Source: Pseudomonadota bacterium (lineage in GTDB: Bacteria > Bdellovibrionota_B > Oligoflexia > Oligoflexales > RGVZ01). Taken from it: a stretch of 64,000 bases of DNA. The stretch spans positions 3,719 through 67,718 of the forward strand of contig JBEGVZ010000104.1 of the NCBI GenBank assembly GCA_041178085.1. The letters run 5' to 3'. This document shows positions 46,980 through 56,414 of this stretch, piece by piece (position 1 is the first letter of the stretch; each line of letters starts with the position of its first letter). The position numbers and the translations under genes were made by a program. A model generated the notes under the pieces. That model searched no databases. It worked only from the letters and a program-made list of their open reading frames with translations, and was not told the origin of the DNA.

Positions 46980-48911
46980 TCAAAGACCAAGGTCAAGGTC
47001 GTCCGTCTGCGTCTTCTGGATCGCTTCATCAATCGAGGTGAGACCCTCAACCACCTTTGCCATCGCGGACTCACGCAGAGTCTTCATGCCGCGCTCGATG
47101 GCAACCCGCTTGATCGCCTTGGCATCCTGGGACTTGATGATCGTCTCACGAATCACATCGTCAAAAACCATCAGCTCATAAACACCAAGACGACCGGCGT
47201 AACCCTGGTTCTGGCAACGTTCACAGCCAGACCCTGCACGATAGATCTTTTTTCCACCAAGCTTTTCCCTGGTGGTACCGAGTATCTGAATTTCCCGATC
47301 GCTCGGCTCGTAGGCCTCGCGGCAGTATTGGCATACCTTGCGGACAAGACGTACCGCCGCAACCCCGAGCACGGCTGACGAAATTTGAAACGGCTGGATG
47401 TTGAAATCCATCAAACGCGTGACGGTCGCGGCAGAGTCGTTTGTGTGCAGGGTGGAGAATACAAGGTGACCAGTCATCGAGGACTGCATGGCAATGCCAG
47501 CAGTCGTTGCATCACGGATCTCACCAATCATGATCACGTCCGGATCCTGGCGCAGGATTGAGCGAAGGCCTTCCGCAAAGCCCATGCCGATCTTGTCCTT
47601 GACCTCGATCTGGCCCACACCCGGCAACTGGTATTCAACAGGATCTTCAATGGTGAGGATGTTGATATCCGTCGAATTGATGTGCATCAAAGAAGCATAG
47701 AGCATGCTGGACTTACCGGATCCGGTGGGACCGGTCACCAGGATCATCCCGTGTTTCTGCTCAATCAAGCCGGTCCAGACCTTGAACAAATCTGCTTCCA
47801 TGCCCATCTGGTCAAGACGCTTGGCACCAGAAGTCTTGTCCAGGAGACGCATCACGATGCGTTCGCCGTGGGCGGTTGGCAGCACTGACAAACGGACGTC
47901 GATATCACGGCCTGCAACTTTGATGTTGATACGCCCGTCCTGCGGAACACGTTTCTCAGCAATGTTCAGCTTGCCGAGGATCTTCACGCGTGACGCAAGT
48001 GAGTTACCGTGCCGCTTTGGAATCTGCATCTTGTCGTGCAAGGCGCCGTCGATGCGAAAACGGACGACGATCTCGGCGTCATAAGGTTCGATGTGGATGT
48101 CGGACGCTTTTTCCTTCACCGCGCGGGTGAGCAATCCGTTGACCAGGCGGATGATCGGCTTTTCGTCATCCGTTGACTCGAGCAAGTCCCGTGTCTCCTC
48201 GAGGTCCTCATCGACACCGATTTCAGGGACGTTGAGCTCGTCGATCACCTTCTGAGAAGCATCATTGGAACGTTCAAACACACGGTTGATCGCCGCGTCG
48301 ATGACCGAGGGGGGACTGACCACAATATTGATGTTGGTCGAGAGGATCAGGCGCAGGTCATCAAGCGGAAAGATGTTCAAGGGGTCTGCAACCGCAACCG
48401 TGACATTAAAATCATCTCGCGCCACGGGTAACAGCTTGTTGTCCCGGCAAAACGCAATCGGGATGTTCTCAACCAGGCCTGGATCGATGTCATTGACTGG
48501 CAACCTGGTGTAATACGGCAGGTCGAGCTGGACCGCCAAGGCGCGCAGCATATCCTCTTCGCTAATCAGCGCCTTCTCAAGAAGGATCTGCCCTAGCTTC
48601 TTACCCTTGCCAGCAGCTTGCTGGTCACTCAGCGCCTGATCGAGTTGTTCACGGCTGATGACTGCTGTCTCGACCAGAATTTCGCCCAGGGATTTCTTTC
48701 GCTTGCGCGCTCCCGGAATGCCAGAATCCGCGACCGGCAACTGGGACCACTTGGGCCCGGCGGCTGCCTCCTCTCCGGCGGGATCGTCCTTGGCAGCGGA
48801 ATCTTTACCGGGGTTGTCTGCGACATTTCCCGGGTCAAGGTCAAAAGCGGAATCAAACGCGGCGGGACCAGGAAACTCTGGTTCTTCCCCACCACCCCGG
48901 TTGTCTGTCAT
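46980..48911 (-). CDS. gspE: T2SS ATPase GspE
   Basis: MshEN-like LGEILV/LGQILL repeats, ASDIHIEP, GPTGSGKS, LRQDPD, TLHTND, Cys4 motif. Confidence 0.96.
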   Translation of the reverse strand: MTDNRGGGEEPEFPGPAAFDSAFDLDPGNVADNPGKDSAAKDDPAGEEAAAGPKWSQLPVADSGIPGARKRKKSLGEILVETAVISREQLDQALSDQQAAGKGKKLGQILLEKALISEEDMLRALAVQLDLPYYTRLPVNDIDPGLVENIPIAFCRDNKLLPVARDDFNVTVAVADPLNIFPLDDLRLILSTNINIVVSPPSVIDAAINRVFERSNDASQKVIDELNVPEIGVDEDLEETRDLLESTDDEKPIIRLVNGLLTRAVKEKASDIHIEPYDAEIVVRFRIDGALHDKMQIPKRHGNSLASRVKILGKLNIAEKRVPQDGRINIKVAGRDIDVRLSVLPTAHGERIVMRLLDKTSGAKRLDQMGMEADLFKVWTGLIEQKHGMILVTGPTGSGKSSMLYASLMHINSTDINILTIEDPVEYQLPGVGQIEVKDKIGMGFAEGLRSILRQDPDVIMIGEIRDATTAGIAMQSSMTGHLVFSTLHTNDSAATVTRLMDFNIQPFQISSAVLGVAAVRLVRKVCQYCREAYEPSDREIQILGTTREKLGGKKIYRAGSGCERCQNQGYAGRLGVYELMVFDDVIRETIIKSQDAKAIKRVAIERGMKTLRESAMAKVVEGLTSIDEAIQKTQTDDLDLGL

Positions 48912-49017
48912 GTCCTGAGCATCCACCAAGACGACCTCCACCCTGTCACATAACAACCCAAATCCAGCCAATCAATCTGCCGACAACTCCACAATCACCC
49001 AACAATGACCCAGGGAA

Positions 49018-51906
49018 TCAGTCCATCGGGGGCGGCGGCATCGGCTCCACGGGAGGAGGCGGTTCAAAGGTGCCCCCGTCAGGCATTCCACCGTCGGCAC
49101 CCATGGGCGGTGGCGGTGGTGGCGGTGGTGGCGGCAACGGTGACGCTCCGCCGGCATCCGATCCTCCGCCCCCATCACTACTTCCACCCCCGACAAACGG
49201 GACAGGGATTGAGTTTGCTTGCTGAGCATCATTGCCTTCCGCCGCGTTGCCCTCTGCTGCATCCTCGTCGGTCTTGTTTTCCTCACCGTCGCCTTCTTTC
49301 TTCGCTTCTTCTGCACCTGCATCCGCGGGTGAAGAAGCTCCTGCGCTGCTGCTTCCTGGGGCCTCCGCCTTCAGCTCTCCATCAGCAGGCTTGGGCAACA
49401 GAGCGTAGAAATCATCCTTCTTGAAGCGCGAGCCATAAAGTTGCTCCATGAACTCATCGCGCTCCCGCACTTTCTTCGAGTAAACAGCCGCCAGATCATC
49501 CGGGCCGTGGATGATATGCGGGGTCAAGAAGATCATCAGGTTGTTGCGTACGCTGCCAACCGAGGAATTCCTGAACAACCAGCCAATGATCGGGATATCA
49601 CCGAGCAAAGGGATTTTTTGATAAGTCTCCAACTCGGTTGACTGGACCAGCCCGGATACCACAACAGTCTGAGAGTTCTTGACGGTCAAAACCTGCGAAG
49701 TCTTGCGCTTGTTGATTTTCGGTAGCCCGGTCTGCGAATCAATCTGCGGCGTGCTGGACTCAAGGTCGATCTTCATGGTGACAAAGTTGGCATTGCTGAT
49801 GTTGGGCTTGAGGCTCAACGTCAGGTCAACGTCCTCTTTCTCGACCTTGGGCACCGCGACGCCCGTCTGGGCATTGAATTCCGCCGACTTGAAAAAGATT
49901 TTCTCCCCTACCGTGATCTTCGCCTCTTCATTATTTGCCGTCAGGATGTGAGGCGAAGATAAGACGCGCGTATTGGAGTCAGTCTTGATCAGTTTGATCA
50001 AGGCGCCGGGAGTGAAGTCCCCAAGGCCAGGCACGTTAACGGATGAGCCTGCCAGCACACCGATGGTCATGTCCTCGGCGAAGGCCCCCGCCACCTTTTC
50101 AACAGCTGCTGCTGAACTGCCTGTAGAGCCCGCTGCCTGCGCCGCCACCAGCGGAGCCATCGACTTGGCTTCCCAGGTGGTAATGATGCTGGAACCACCC
50201 TGGCCACCACGTCCGCCGAAGATGCTGGTTCCGAACTTGAAACGATTGTCCACATTGATGTCCAGGATGTCGGCCTCGACAAAAACCTGACTGCGCCGCA
50301 CATCAAGCTTGCGAACAATCGAGTTGATCGCGTTGTATGCGGCGCGGCTGCCGGTGATCAGCAGGGAATTGCTCTGCTCGTCAGCAGTGATCTTGGTGCC
50401 CTCGTCCAGCTCGGCAACGGAAGCAATATCCCCCGCCGGCGCCATCCCCGGCGCACCGGGCGTATTGCTCTGCGGCCTCAGTGGAGTCACCCTGCGGGTA
50501 CCACCGCGATTGCCCTGGGCAAGGTTGGATAAAGTCGCAGACAGCTTTTTCGCATCAGCGTAGTCCAGCGGCCTCACGTGAATGGTTGATTGCTTGGTCG
50601 GGTCATCGATGGGGGAGTCGAATTTCTTGACCAGAGCCTTGACGTCGGAAATCGTCCGCGGCGGGCCGAAAATGATGACAGAATTGGCACGTTCATCCGT
50701 AAGCAACTTGTAGGCTGGTTGCCCCCTGCCCGCGCCTGCCTTCATCAATTCATTCACCTTGTCGACAATCGACTTGGCGTCGGCATATCGGATAGGAACG
50801 ATCGAAACCTGGGGCTGCTGCCCCTGCACGTCCAGAAGTTCGAGGATGTCCAGGATCCGGCGAACCTTATACCCGGTGTCGCTGATGATCAGAGTGTTGG
50901 TCTTCTCGTAAGCGATCATCGAATTTGAGTTCACGATCCGCGACAGCGTATTCTGGATTTCTTTTGCGTCAATGTACTTCAGCGGAACGATCTGCGTAAT
51001 GATCTCGTCTGTGAGCAGAGTCCACTTTGATCCCAGAAACGTTTTCAGGTTGTCCTTCACTGCGTTCCGTACCTGCATGATCTTGATGACCTTGCCGGTC
51101 TCCACGGTCGTCAGCTGGAGCAAGTTCAACGCAGACAGGAATGCCTGGTAAGCCTCTTCCTTGGTCACCTTGCGCGGCGAGATGATTTGCACCTTGCCGC
51201 TGACGTTGCGGTCCAGGATTACGTTCTTGTTGGTCCAGAGTGCTACGGCCTTGATGATGTCCTTGATCTCAGTCGGCTCGGGGAAATCGATATTGATCAG
51301 CTCCTGCCCCGCAGGAATGGTGGAAGATCCGCGCTTGCCCTTGCCGTCAGCAGGAATCTCGACTTTGCCGACGGAATCACCGCTGGAAGATTCAACGGAG
51401 CTTGCCTTGGACGCCTCCGGAGATGGCTCTCTAGACGGCTCTTTGGCCTGCACTGGTTCCTGCGGCAACAGAGGTTCCGTCTTGGCGGTGTCCCGGAAAG
51501 TATTGGCCGCTGCCTTCTGCTTTTTGGAACCAGATTTTCCCTTTGCCGGTTTCGCTGCCGGCGCGGGCGTTGCCGCCGGCGGATTCTGCGGTGCACTGCC
51601 AGCCGGTGGAGCCACTGCCGGTTCAGGCGCTGCAGGGGCGGGCGCCTCCACAGGCGGCGGACCATCGGCAGCTGCAGAAGGCCCGCCGCCCGGAACGGGA
51701 GCCGTAGCAGCAGTTCCGGTAGCGTCAGCCGCTGCTGGCGCGGCCGGATTGGACCCTGCTGCGTCACCCGGCACAGGCGGAGGCGGAGGTGGCAGCGTGG
51801 GAGCGTTTTGCGCGACCAATGGTGTCTCGACCAGCATGCCCAGGAGACAAATTACCAGCAGCCTTGTCGACTGGGTGAACTCCGGCCTGTTGCTCAAACG
51901 CTTCAT
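49018..51906 (-). CDS. gspD: T2SS secretin GspD with Pro-rich N- and C-terminal extensions
   Basis: N0-N3 domains, QVFVEA, LSSPHILT, KIPLLGDIPIIGWLF, NLMIFLTPHII. Confidence 0.95.
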   Translation of the reverse strand: MKRLSNRPEFTQSTRLLVICLLGMLVETPLVAQNAPTLPPPPPPVPGDAAGSNPAAPAAADATGTAATAPVPGGGPSAAADGPPPVEAPAPAAPEPAVAPPAGSAPQNPPAATPAPAAKPAKGKSGSKKQKAAANTFRDTAKTEPLLPQEPVQAKEPSREPSPEASKASSVESSSGDSVGKVEIPADGKGKRGSSTIPAGQELINIDFPEPTEIKDIIKAVALWTNKNVILDRNVSGKVQIISPRKVTKEEAYQAFLSALNLLQLTTVETGKVIKIMQVRNAVKDNLKTFLGSKWTLLTDEIITQIVPLKYIDAKEIQNTLSRIVNSNSMIAYEKTNTLIISDTGYKVRRILDILELLDVQGQQPQVSIVPIRYADAKSIVDKVNELMKAGAGRGQPAYKLLTDERANSVIIFGPPRTISDVKALVKKFDSPIDDPTKQSTIHVRPLDYADAKKLSATLSNLAQGNRGGTRRVTPLRPQSNTPGAPGMAPAGDIASVAELDEGTKITADEQSNSLLITGSRAAYNAINSIVRKLDVRRSQVFVEADILDINVDNRFKFGTSIFGGRGGQGGSSIITTWEAKSMAPLVAAQAAGSTGSSAAAVEKVAGAFAEDMTIGVLAGSSVNVPGLGDFTPGALIKLIKTDSNTRVLSSPHILTANNEEAKITVGEKIFFKSAEFNAQTGVAVPKVEKEDVDLTLSLKPNISNANFVTMKIDLESSTPQIDSQTGLPKINKRKTSQVLTVKNSQTVVVSGLVQSTELETYQKIPLLGDIPIIGWLFRNSSVGSVRNNLMIFLTPHIIHGPDDLAAVYSKKVRERDEFMEQLYGSRFKKDDFYALLPKPADGELKAEAPGSSSAGASSPADAGAEEAKKEGDGEENKTDEDAAEGNAAEGNDAQQANSIPVPFVGGGSSDGGGGSDAGGASPLPPPPPPPPPPMGADGGMPDGGTFEPPPPVEPMPPPPMD

Positions 51907-51945
51907 GGAATTCTCCGTCCTGTTCGCCTGTGATGGCTTCCTGCG

Positions 51946-52950
51946 TTACTTGATCCGCACCGTAATCATTTGAGGAGTCGTGCCATTTCGCAACACACTG
52001 ATCCTGACTTCCCGCTCATTCCGGAACGCCTCATAAAGGGCAAAGCCCTGGTCAGGATTCTTGAGGCTGACATCATTCACCTGGGTGATGATGTCGCCGT
52101 TTTGCAAACCAACTTTCGAAAACAGGCTGCTTGGGTCAATTGCAAAGATCTTGAAACCATTCATCTGGCTGTCGGCAAGGTTTGGCACCAACCTTGCCGC
52201 GTTGATGATTTTACCAAATCCTGCGCCAAGTTCAGACTCGACGTAGGGTCCGTCGACAAGAACCGGGGGTAACTGGTCCCCACCCCCACCCGCTCCCGCA
52301 GGCATCCCGGAGATTGCCTCCCCCGTCTCGATCTGCTTTTCGAGATCGGACTTAAGGCTCAAGCATTCCTTGATACCCTTGTTGTTAATGATCAATTCAT
52401 TACGTTCGACCGCCGCGATAATTGCGTCATCTGAGCCGATGATGACATCACCGACCCGGTAAACATCCGCGTCGGAAAGCCCTTTTTCCTTTACGGTTGC
52501 CAGGGATTTTTCGCGACTTCCCAAATAGATGGTCCCCACCAATTCAATATTGAGGGTGCAGGCCTGGCACGGCGCATTGATGTCAAAAACAGGCCTGCCG
52601 TCTGCCGACCCTGCGGCGCGCTCCAGCTCTTCCTTCGGATACTGACCTTCCGAATTGAAAAGATTGCGTTCAATGATCCCCTTTTTGACTTCCCGGTAAT
52701 TGATCGAGGATATCCCAAGCGACGGAGCCGAACCCGCGGCCTTGGGCCGGGCAACCATTCCCGTTGCCATGGAAACAAGCGGACCAAGAGCAAAAATGGT
52801 CATGATCGAAGATGCCGCAACATAAGCCACGAAAATAGCCAAGGCGCCGCGCAGCGCTAGCTGTACGGCATCAGGCCACCACTTCTGCTGTGGCAGCTGC
52901 TGGATCCGCTCCAGCATGACTTCACGACTTGGAATCAAGGCACCCGCCAA
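51946..52950 (-). CDS. gspC: GspC paralog 2 (TM-HR-PDZ)
   Basis: TM, RNLFNSEG, LVGTI, PDZ GLQNGDIITQVN. Confidence 0.85.
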   Translation of the reverse strand: MAGALIPSREVMLERIQQLPQQKWWPDAVQLALRGALAIFVAYVAASSIMTIFALGPLVSMATGMVARPKAAGSAPSLGISSINYREVKKGIIERNLFNSEGQYPKEELERAAGSADGRPVFDINAPCQACTLNIELVGTIYLGSREKSLATVKEKGLSDADVYRVGDVIIGSDDAIIAAVERNELIINNKGIKECLSLKSDLEKQIETGEAISGMPAGAGGGGDQLPPVLVDGPYVESELGAGFGKIINAARLVPNLADSQMNGFKIFAIDPSSLFSKVGLQNGDIITQVNDVSLKNPDQGFALYEAFRNEREVRISVLRNGTTPQMITVRIK

Positions 52951-52974
52951 TTCACGCCGTCCTTCTTCGTTGTC

Positions 52975-53946
52975 CTACTTGACCTTCATGTTCAGGTTCT
53001 GCTTCGCTCCACTGCGCGAGAATCGCACCTCGATCTCGTTCTCGTTACGCAGCGACTGCAACAATTTGATCGCCTGAGCAGTGTCCGACAGAGGGATCCC
53101 GTTGATCTCCTCGATCACATCACCGTTTTGCAAACCTGCCTTCTGGTAGATTGAGTCATTCCGGATTCGATCCAGACGGAATCCGCGCAATTCGCCGTCC
53201 ACCATGTTGGGCGAGGCTTTGGCATCCTGCAGCACCTGGGTGAAATCGCTCGTCAGCAGCTTGTTCTTGTAGTCGAGTGACATTTCGATGTTGCCGCCTT
53301 TACGATCGAACCCTGGTTCCTGGAACGACTCAGGAGGTGCATCGGTGGCATAACCACGGTCCCCCTCGCCGGCCTTGGACTTCCCGGCCTTTCCCCGCTT
53401 GCGCGTAGACCGGACAATATCCTCACGCTCAAGCACTGCAATTTCCCGCCGTCCGTTGGCGCGCAAGATGACCAGCCGGTCGATCTCGATCTTTTCCAGG
53501 GTCGCATCGGTGTCAATCTGGTCGTTGACCAGAAAGCTGTTGGTCACCTTCTTTGAAGTGTTTTCCACCAGCGCAATGCCGGTATAGGGATCGCCCCCGT
53601 AAATGATTCCCAGCACGCGTATCGGCAAATCCGTGATCGAGAGGTCATCGCCTTCCGCTTTCTGCTTGCCTTTCTCATCCCCAACCTTGCCTTCAGAGTT
53701 AAAAATGTTGCGCTTGAGAATCTCTTCGATCGCGGCGGCATCAAGGGTCAATCCTGCCTGGGGAATCGCTGGGGCCTGCACCACCTTCGTCCCGCGTATC
53801 ATTTCTGCAGGGTCACGCGGCATCAGGAGAAACGCAATCACCGTCGCGGAAACAGTCGCCAGCAGGAACGCACCACCGACCGAAAGGGCGATCATGCGCC
53901 ACGGCAGTGGCTTGAGCAGCCTGGCAATGCGCTCGACGTCGATCAT
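52975..53946 (-). CDS. gspC: GspC paralog 1 (TM-HR-PDZ)
   Basis: TM, RNIFNSEG, VLGII, PDZ GLQNGDVIEEING. Confidence 0.85.
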   Translation of the reverse strand: MIDVERIARLLKPLPWRMIALSVGGAFLLATVSATVIAFLLMPRDPAEMIRGTKVVQAPAIPQAGLTLDAAAIEEILKRNIFNSEGKVGDEKGKQKAEGDDLSITDLPIRVLGIIYGGDPYTGIALVENTSKKVTNSFLVNDQIDTDATLEKIEIDRLVILRANGRREIAVLEREDIVRSTRKRGKAGKSKAGEGDRGYATDAPPESFQEPGFDRKGGNIEMSLDYKNKLLTSDFTQVLQDAKASPNMVDGELRGFRLDRIRNDSIYQKAGLQNGDVIEEINGIPLSDTAQAIKLLQSLRNENEIEVRFSRSGAKQNLNMKVK

Positions 53947-54611
53947 TGCCCAGCTGGCTCCTTGCTGGCTGCGCCCCCGGACTCACGTTTTTTTTCCAGC
54001 AGCAACTTCACAATCGTCTTCACTGTGGCTTCCGGTGTTTCGAAGGCAGGCTCAACGACAATGTCAGCTTCGCGGTAGCGGAAGGCGCGTGCCCCGTGTA
54101 ACGCACGCAGGCGTTCCGCCAGCTTTTTCCATCGTTCGCTCATGAATTCCTGGATTGCGGGACCTGACATGCCCTGGCGCAATGCAGAAACATCAGCAAG
54201 GTCATCCAGCAAAGGACGTTGTGCAAGACGCTCAAGCTGCGCAGGGTTTGGCGCAAGCCGGCGCACGAGTTCCTCAACCGGCGGATTCAACCAGACCACT
54301 ATTGCGCCCTTGCGCATCGCTTCCCATGACTGGTTGTCCTCAACGGACCCACCACCGACGGCAAGAACCTGTCCCGCGGCAGCTGCCACTCGCTCAACAA
54401 CTTGTCGCTCGATCTCCCGAAACCGGGATTCACCTTCTGCCTTGAATATTGCGGCGATGCTTTTCCGCGCCTTCGCCTCGACTTCAGCATCTGTGTCGAT
54501 GAATCCAAGGCCGAGCGCGTGCGCCAGCAGACGTCCAACGGTCGATTTACCGCTGCCCATGACGCCTACGAGAACGATCTTTCCGAACCCATCTGGAGCG
54601 CTCGTGTTCAC
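53943..54611 (-). CDS. aroK: Shikimate kinase
   Basis: GVMGSGKSTVG, DTD, GESRFRE, GGG, RPLL. Confidence 0.92.
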   Translation of the reverse strand: MNTSAPDGFGKIVLVGVMGSGKSTVGRLLAHALGLGFIDTDAEVEAKARKSIAAIFKAEGESRFREIERQVVERVAAAAGQVLAVGGGSVEDNQSWEAMRKGAIVVWLNPPVEELVRRLAPNPAQLERLAQRPLLDDLADVSALRQGMSGPAIQEFMSERWKKLAERLRALHGARAFRYREADIVVEPAFETPEATVKTIVKLLLEKKRESGGAASKEPAGQ

Positions 54612-54744
54612 GAGCTAACCTCTCGATTAACTTGATTAATTCATTCTAGCCCAGATCGCAAAAAAAGAGCAGGATTGCGGACAGGGAAATGCAAACCGGG
54701 GTTCAGGCAGGCTTTTGGGAATTGCCCAAAATCGGAGGTAACCT

Positions 54745-55545
54745 GTGTCTTTCGTGCACGTTAAGGAAGAAGGGAACGTTGAAACCTGGACCATCAGCAG
54801 ACCTGAACGCTTCAATGCGCTGGGTACCACACTGGCGCGCGAGCTGAATGCGCGCGTCGATGACCTTCACCGCCGGATCGTCAACTGGCAGGCAGACCCG
54901 GACAACAACCCACTCCCGATCCGCGCCCTCGTGATCAAGGCAACTCCCTCACGCCGTGGCCGTTCGCCCGTCTGGATCGCCGGCGGTGATCTCAAGGAGC
55001 TCGCGGCGCTGACCGCGCGGGAGGAAGGCCGCAATTATGCCGCAATGCTGAGCCGCTTTTGTCGCTGCATGGAGGAACTACCCATTCCCGTAATTGCGCA
55101 GATACACGGCGCTGCAATCGGTGGCGGTGCGGAACTCGCACTCGCCGCCGACCTGCGTTTTGGCAGCAAGATGACCCGTCTTGAGTTCCGCCAGTTAAGG
55201 GTTGGACTTGCCACCGGCTATGGCGGCACCAAACGCCTGGTCAACCTGGTTGGAAAAGCCCAGGCTCAGAGGTTGATTTTCCTTGGTGGAGATATCCTCG
55301 CCGATGAGTGTCTGCGCCTTGGACTCCTGCACCATGTCGCCACTGATGAGATCCAGCTCGACGAAATTGTCAGCCAGACCCTGCGCGAACTGACCAACCT
55401 GGAGCCGCGTGCCCTGGCCGCGCAGAAGGAAATGTTCCGGATCGCATCCGACGCCCATCCGGGCGCTGCCTACGCGGCTGAACTCGAGCTGTTCGGCAAG
55501 ATCTGGATGAACCCGTCACACAAGAGTTATTTATCTGCTTTCTGA
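54745..55545 (+). CDS. Enoyl-CoA hydratase/isomerase family
   Basis: RPERFNAL, AGGDL, AIGGGAELALAADLR; GGAGG RBS. Confidence 0.88.
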   Translation: MSFVHVKEEGNVETWTISRPERFNALGTTLARELNARVDDLHRRIVNWQADPDNNPLPIRALVIKATPSRRGRSPVWIAGGDLKELAALTAREEGRNYAAMLSRFCRCMEELPIPVIAQIHGAAIGGGAELALAADLRFGSKMTRLEFRQLRVGLATGYGGTKRLVNLVGKAQAQRLIFLGGDILADECLRLGLLHHVATDEIQLDEIVSQTLRELTNLEPRALAAQKEMFRIASDAHPGAAYAAELELFGKIWMNPSHKSYLSAF

Positions 55546-55639
55546 GCGTCTGCCCCAATAAGTGCGCCCCTAAAAAACGGCAGATTGCGGGTTTAATCAC
55601 CCGCGATCTCGTGGTCTTTCATTATTTTTTTCAAAAACC

Positions 55640-55667
55640 TAAAGTTTTGGCCCGCATTTGCCGATGG
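55640..55667 (+). promoter_or_regulatory. Putative sigma-28 promoter
   Basis: TAAAGTTT-N12-GCCGATGG upstream of ORF 55721. Confidence 0.55.
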
Positions 55668-55720
55668 ATTCATGACTTTTTCAAACCTCGCAATTAGCGG
55701 AACACCCTGGGGAGCCTTGC

Positions 55721-56401
55721 ATGGCGCGCTTCTTCGCTTGCATTCTGCTTTGGGGCACGGCCTCCATAGGAGGCGGCTGCTCGAAGTCGTCATTTTCCTC
55801 GACCGCACCAGTGCGTGCACCTGCCGAGCCAAATCCGGGAACACTGTCCGGGACTCAACCCACGCCGATACCAACTCCGTCGCAACCCGTGCCCCCGTCG
55901 TGCAAACCAGGCACAACGATCACTGAAGTGAAGGCGCTGACCAGGTTGGTCGACCAGTCGCAAAGCAGACGCACCATATCTTACGAGATCACTTTGGTTG
56001 ACTGCCCGGGAACGACGCCATCAACGGTGGCTGACGTCATTTTGTTCGACGTGGACGCTTACACGTCTGACACGCTCAGCGCGGGAGCGCCACTGCCCCA
56101 CACGTTCGCCGCCATTTCCGACGGTCAAAGACAAAGCGGCACATTGAGGCCCATTTCAGGTTCCGATTTATTTGGTAACCAGGGAAACTTTTTCCACCAC
56201 CGATCTGACACGCCCATCACCGTCACGGCGAAAACACGCAAGGCACAGGTGGACATCGATTTTTCCAACGCTTACGTGGAGTATCCGCGGGAAGGACGAC
56301 TGGCCCCGGTGATGAAAGTGAAAACTTACTTCAAGTTCGGGAAGGCACCGCCGGTCCAGATTGACATCGACTTCACCGCACAACCCGGCCTGATTTTTTG
56401 A
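55721..56401 (+). CDS. Hypothetical lipoprotein with Pro/Thr linker
   Basis: Lipobox-like GGGC, PTP-rich linker, beta-rich domain. Confidence 0.7.
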   Translation: MARFFACILLWGTASIGGGCSKSSFSSTAPVRAPAEPNPGTLSGTQPTPIPTPSQPVPPSCKPGTTITEVKALTRLVDQSQSRRTISYEITLVDCPGTTPSTVADVILFDVDAYTSDTLSAGAPLPHTFAAISDGQRQSGTLRPISGSDLFGNQGNFFHHRSDTPITVTAKTRKAQVDIDFSNAYVEYPREGRLAPVMKVKTYFKFGKAPPVQIDIDFTAQPGLIF

Positions 56402-56414
56402 ATCAGGCCTTGCC

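Noticed and set aside
54680-54712. c-di-GMP-I riboswitch-like GCAAACC element
   Set aside because: The GNRA tetraloop/receptor stems and second conserved segment could not be built.
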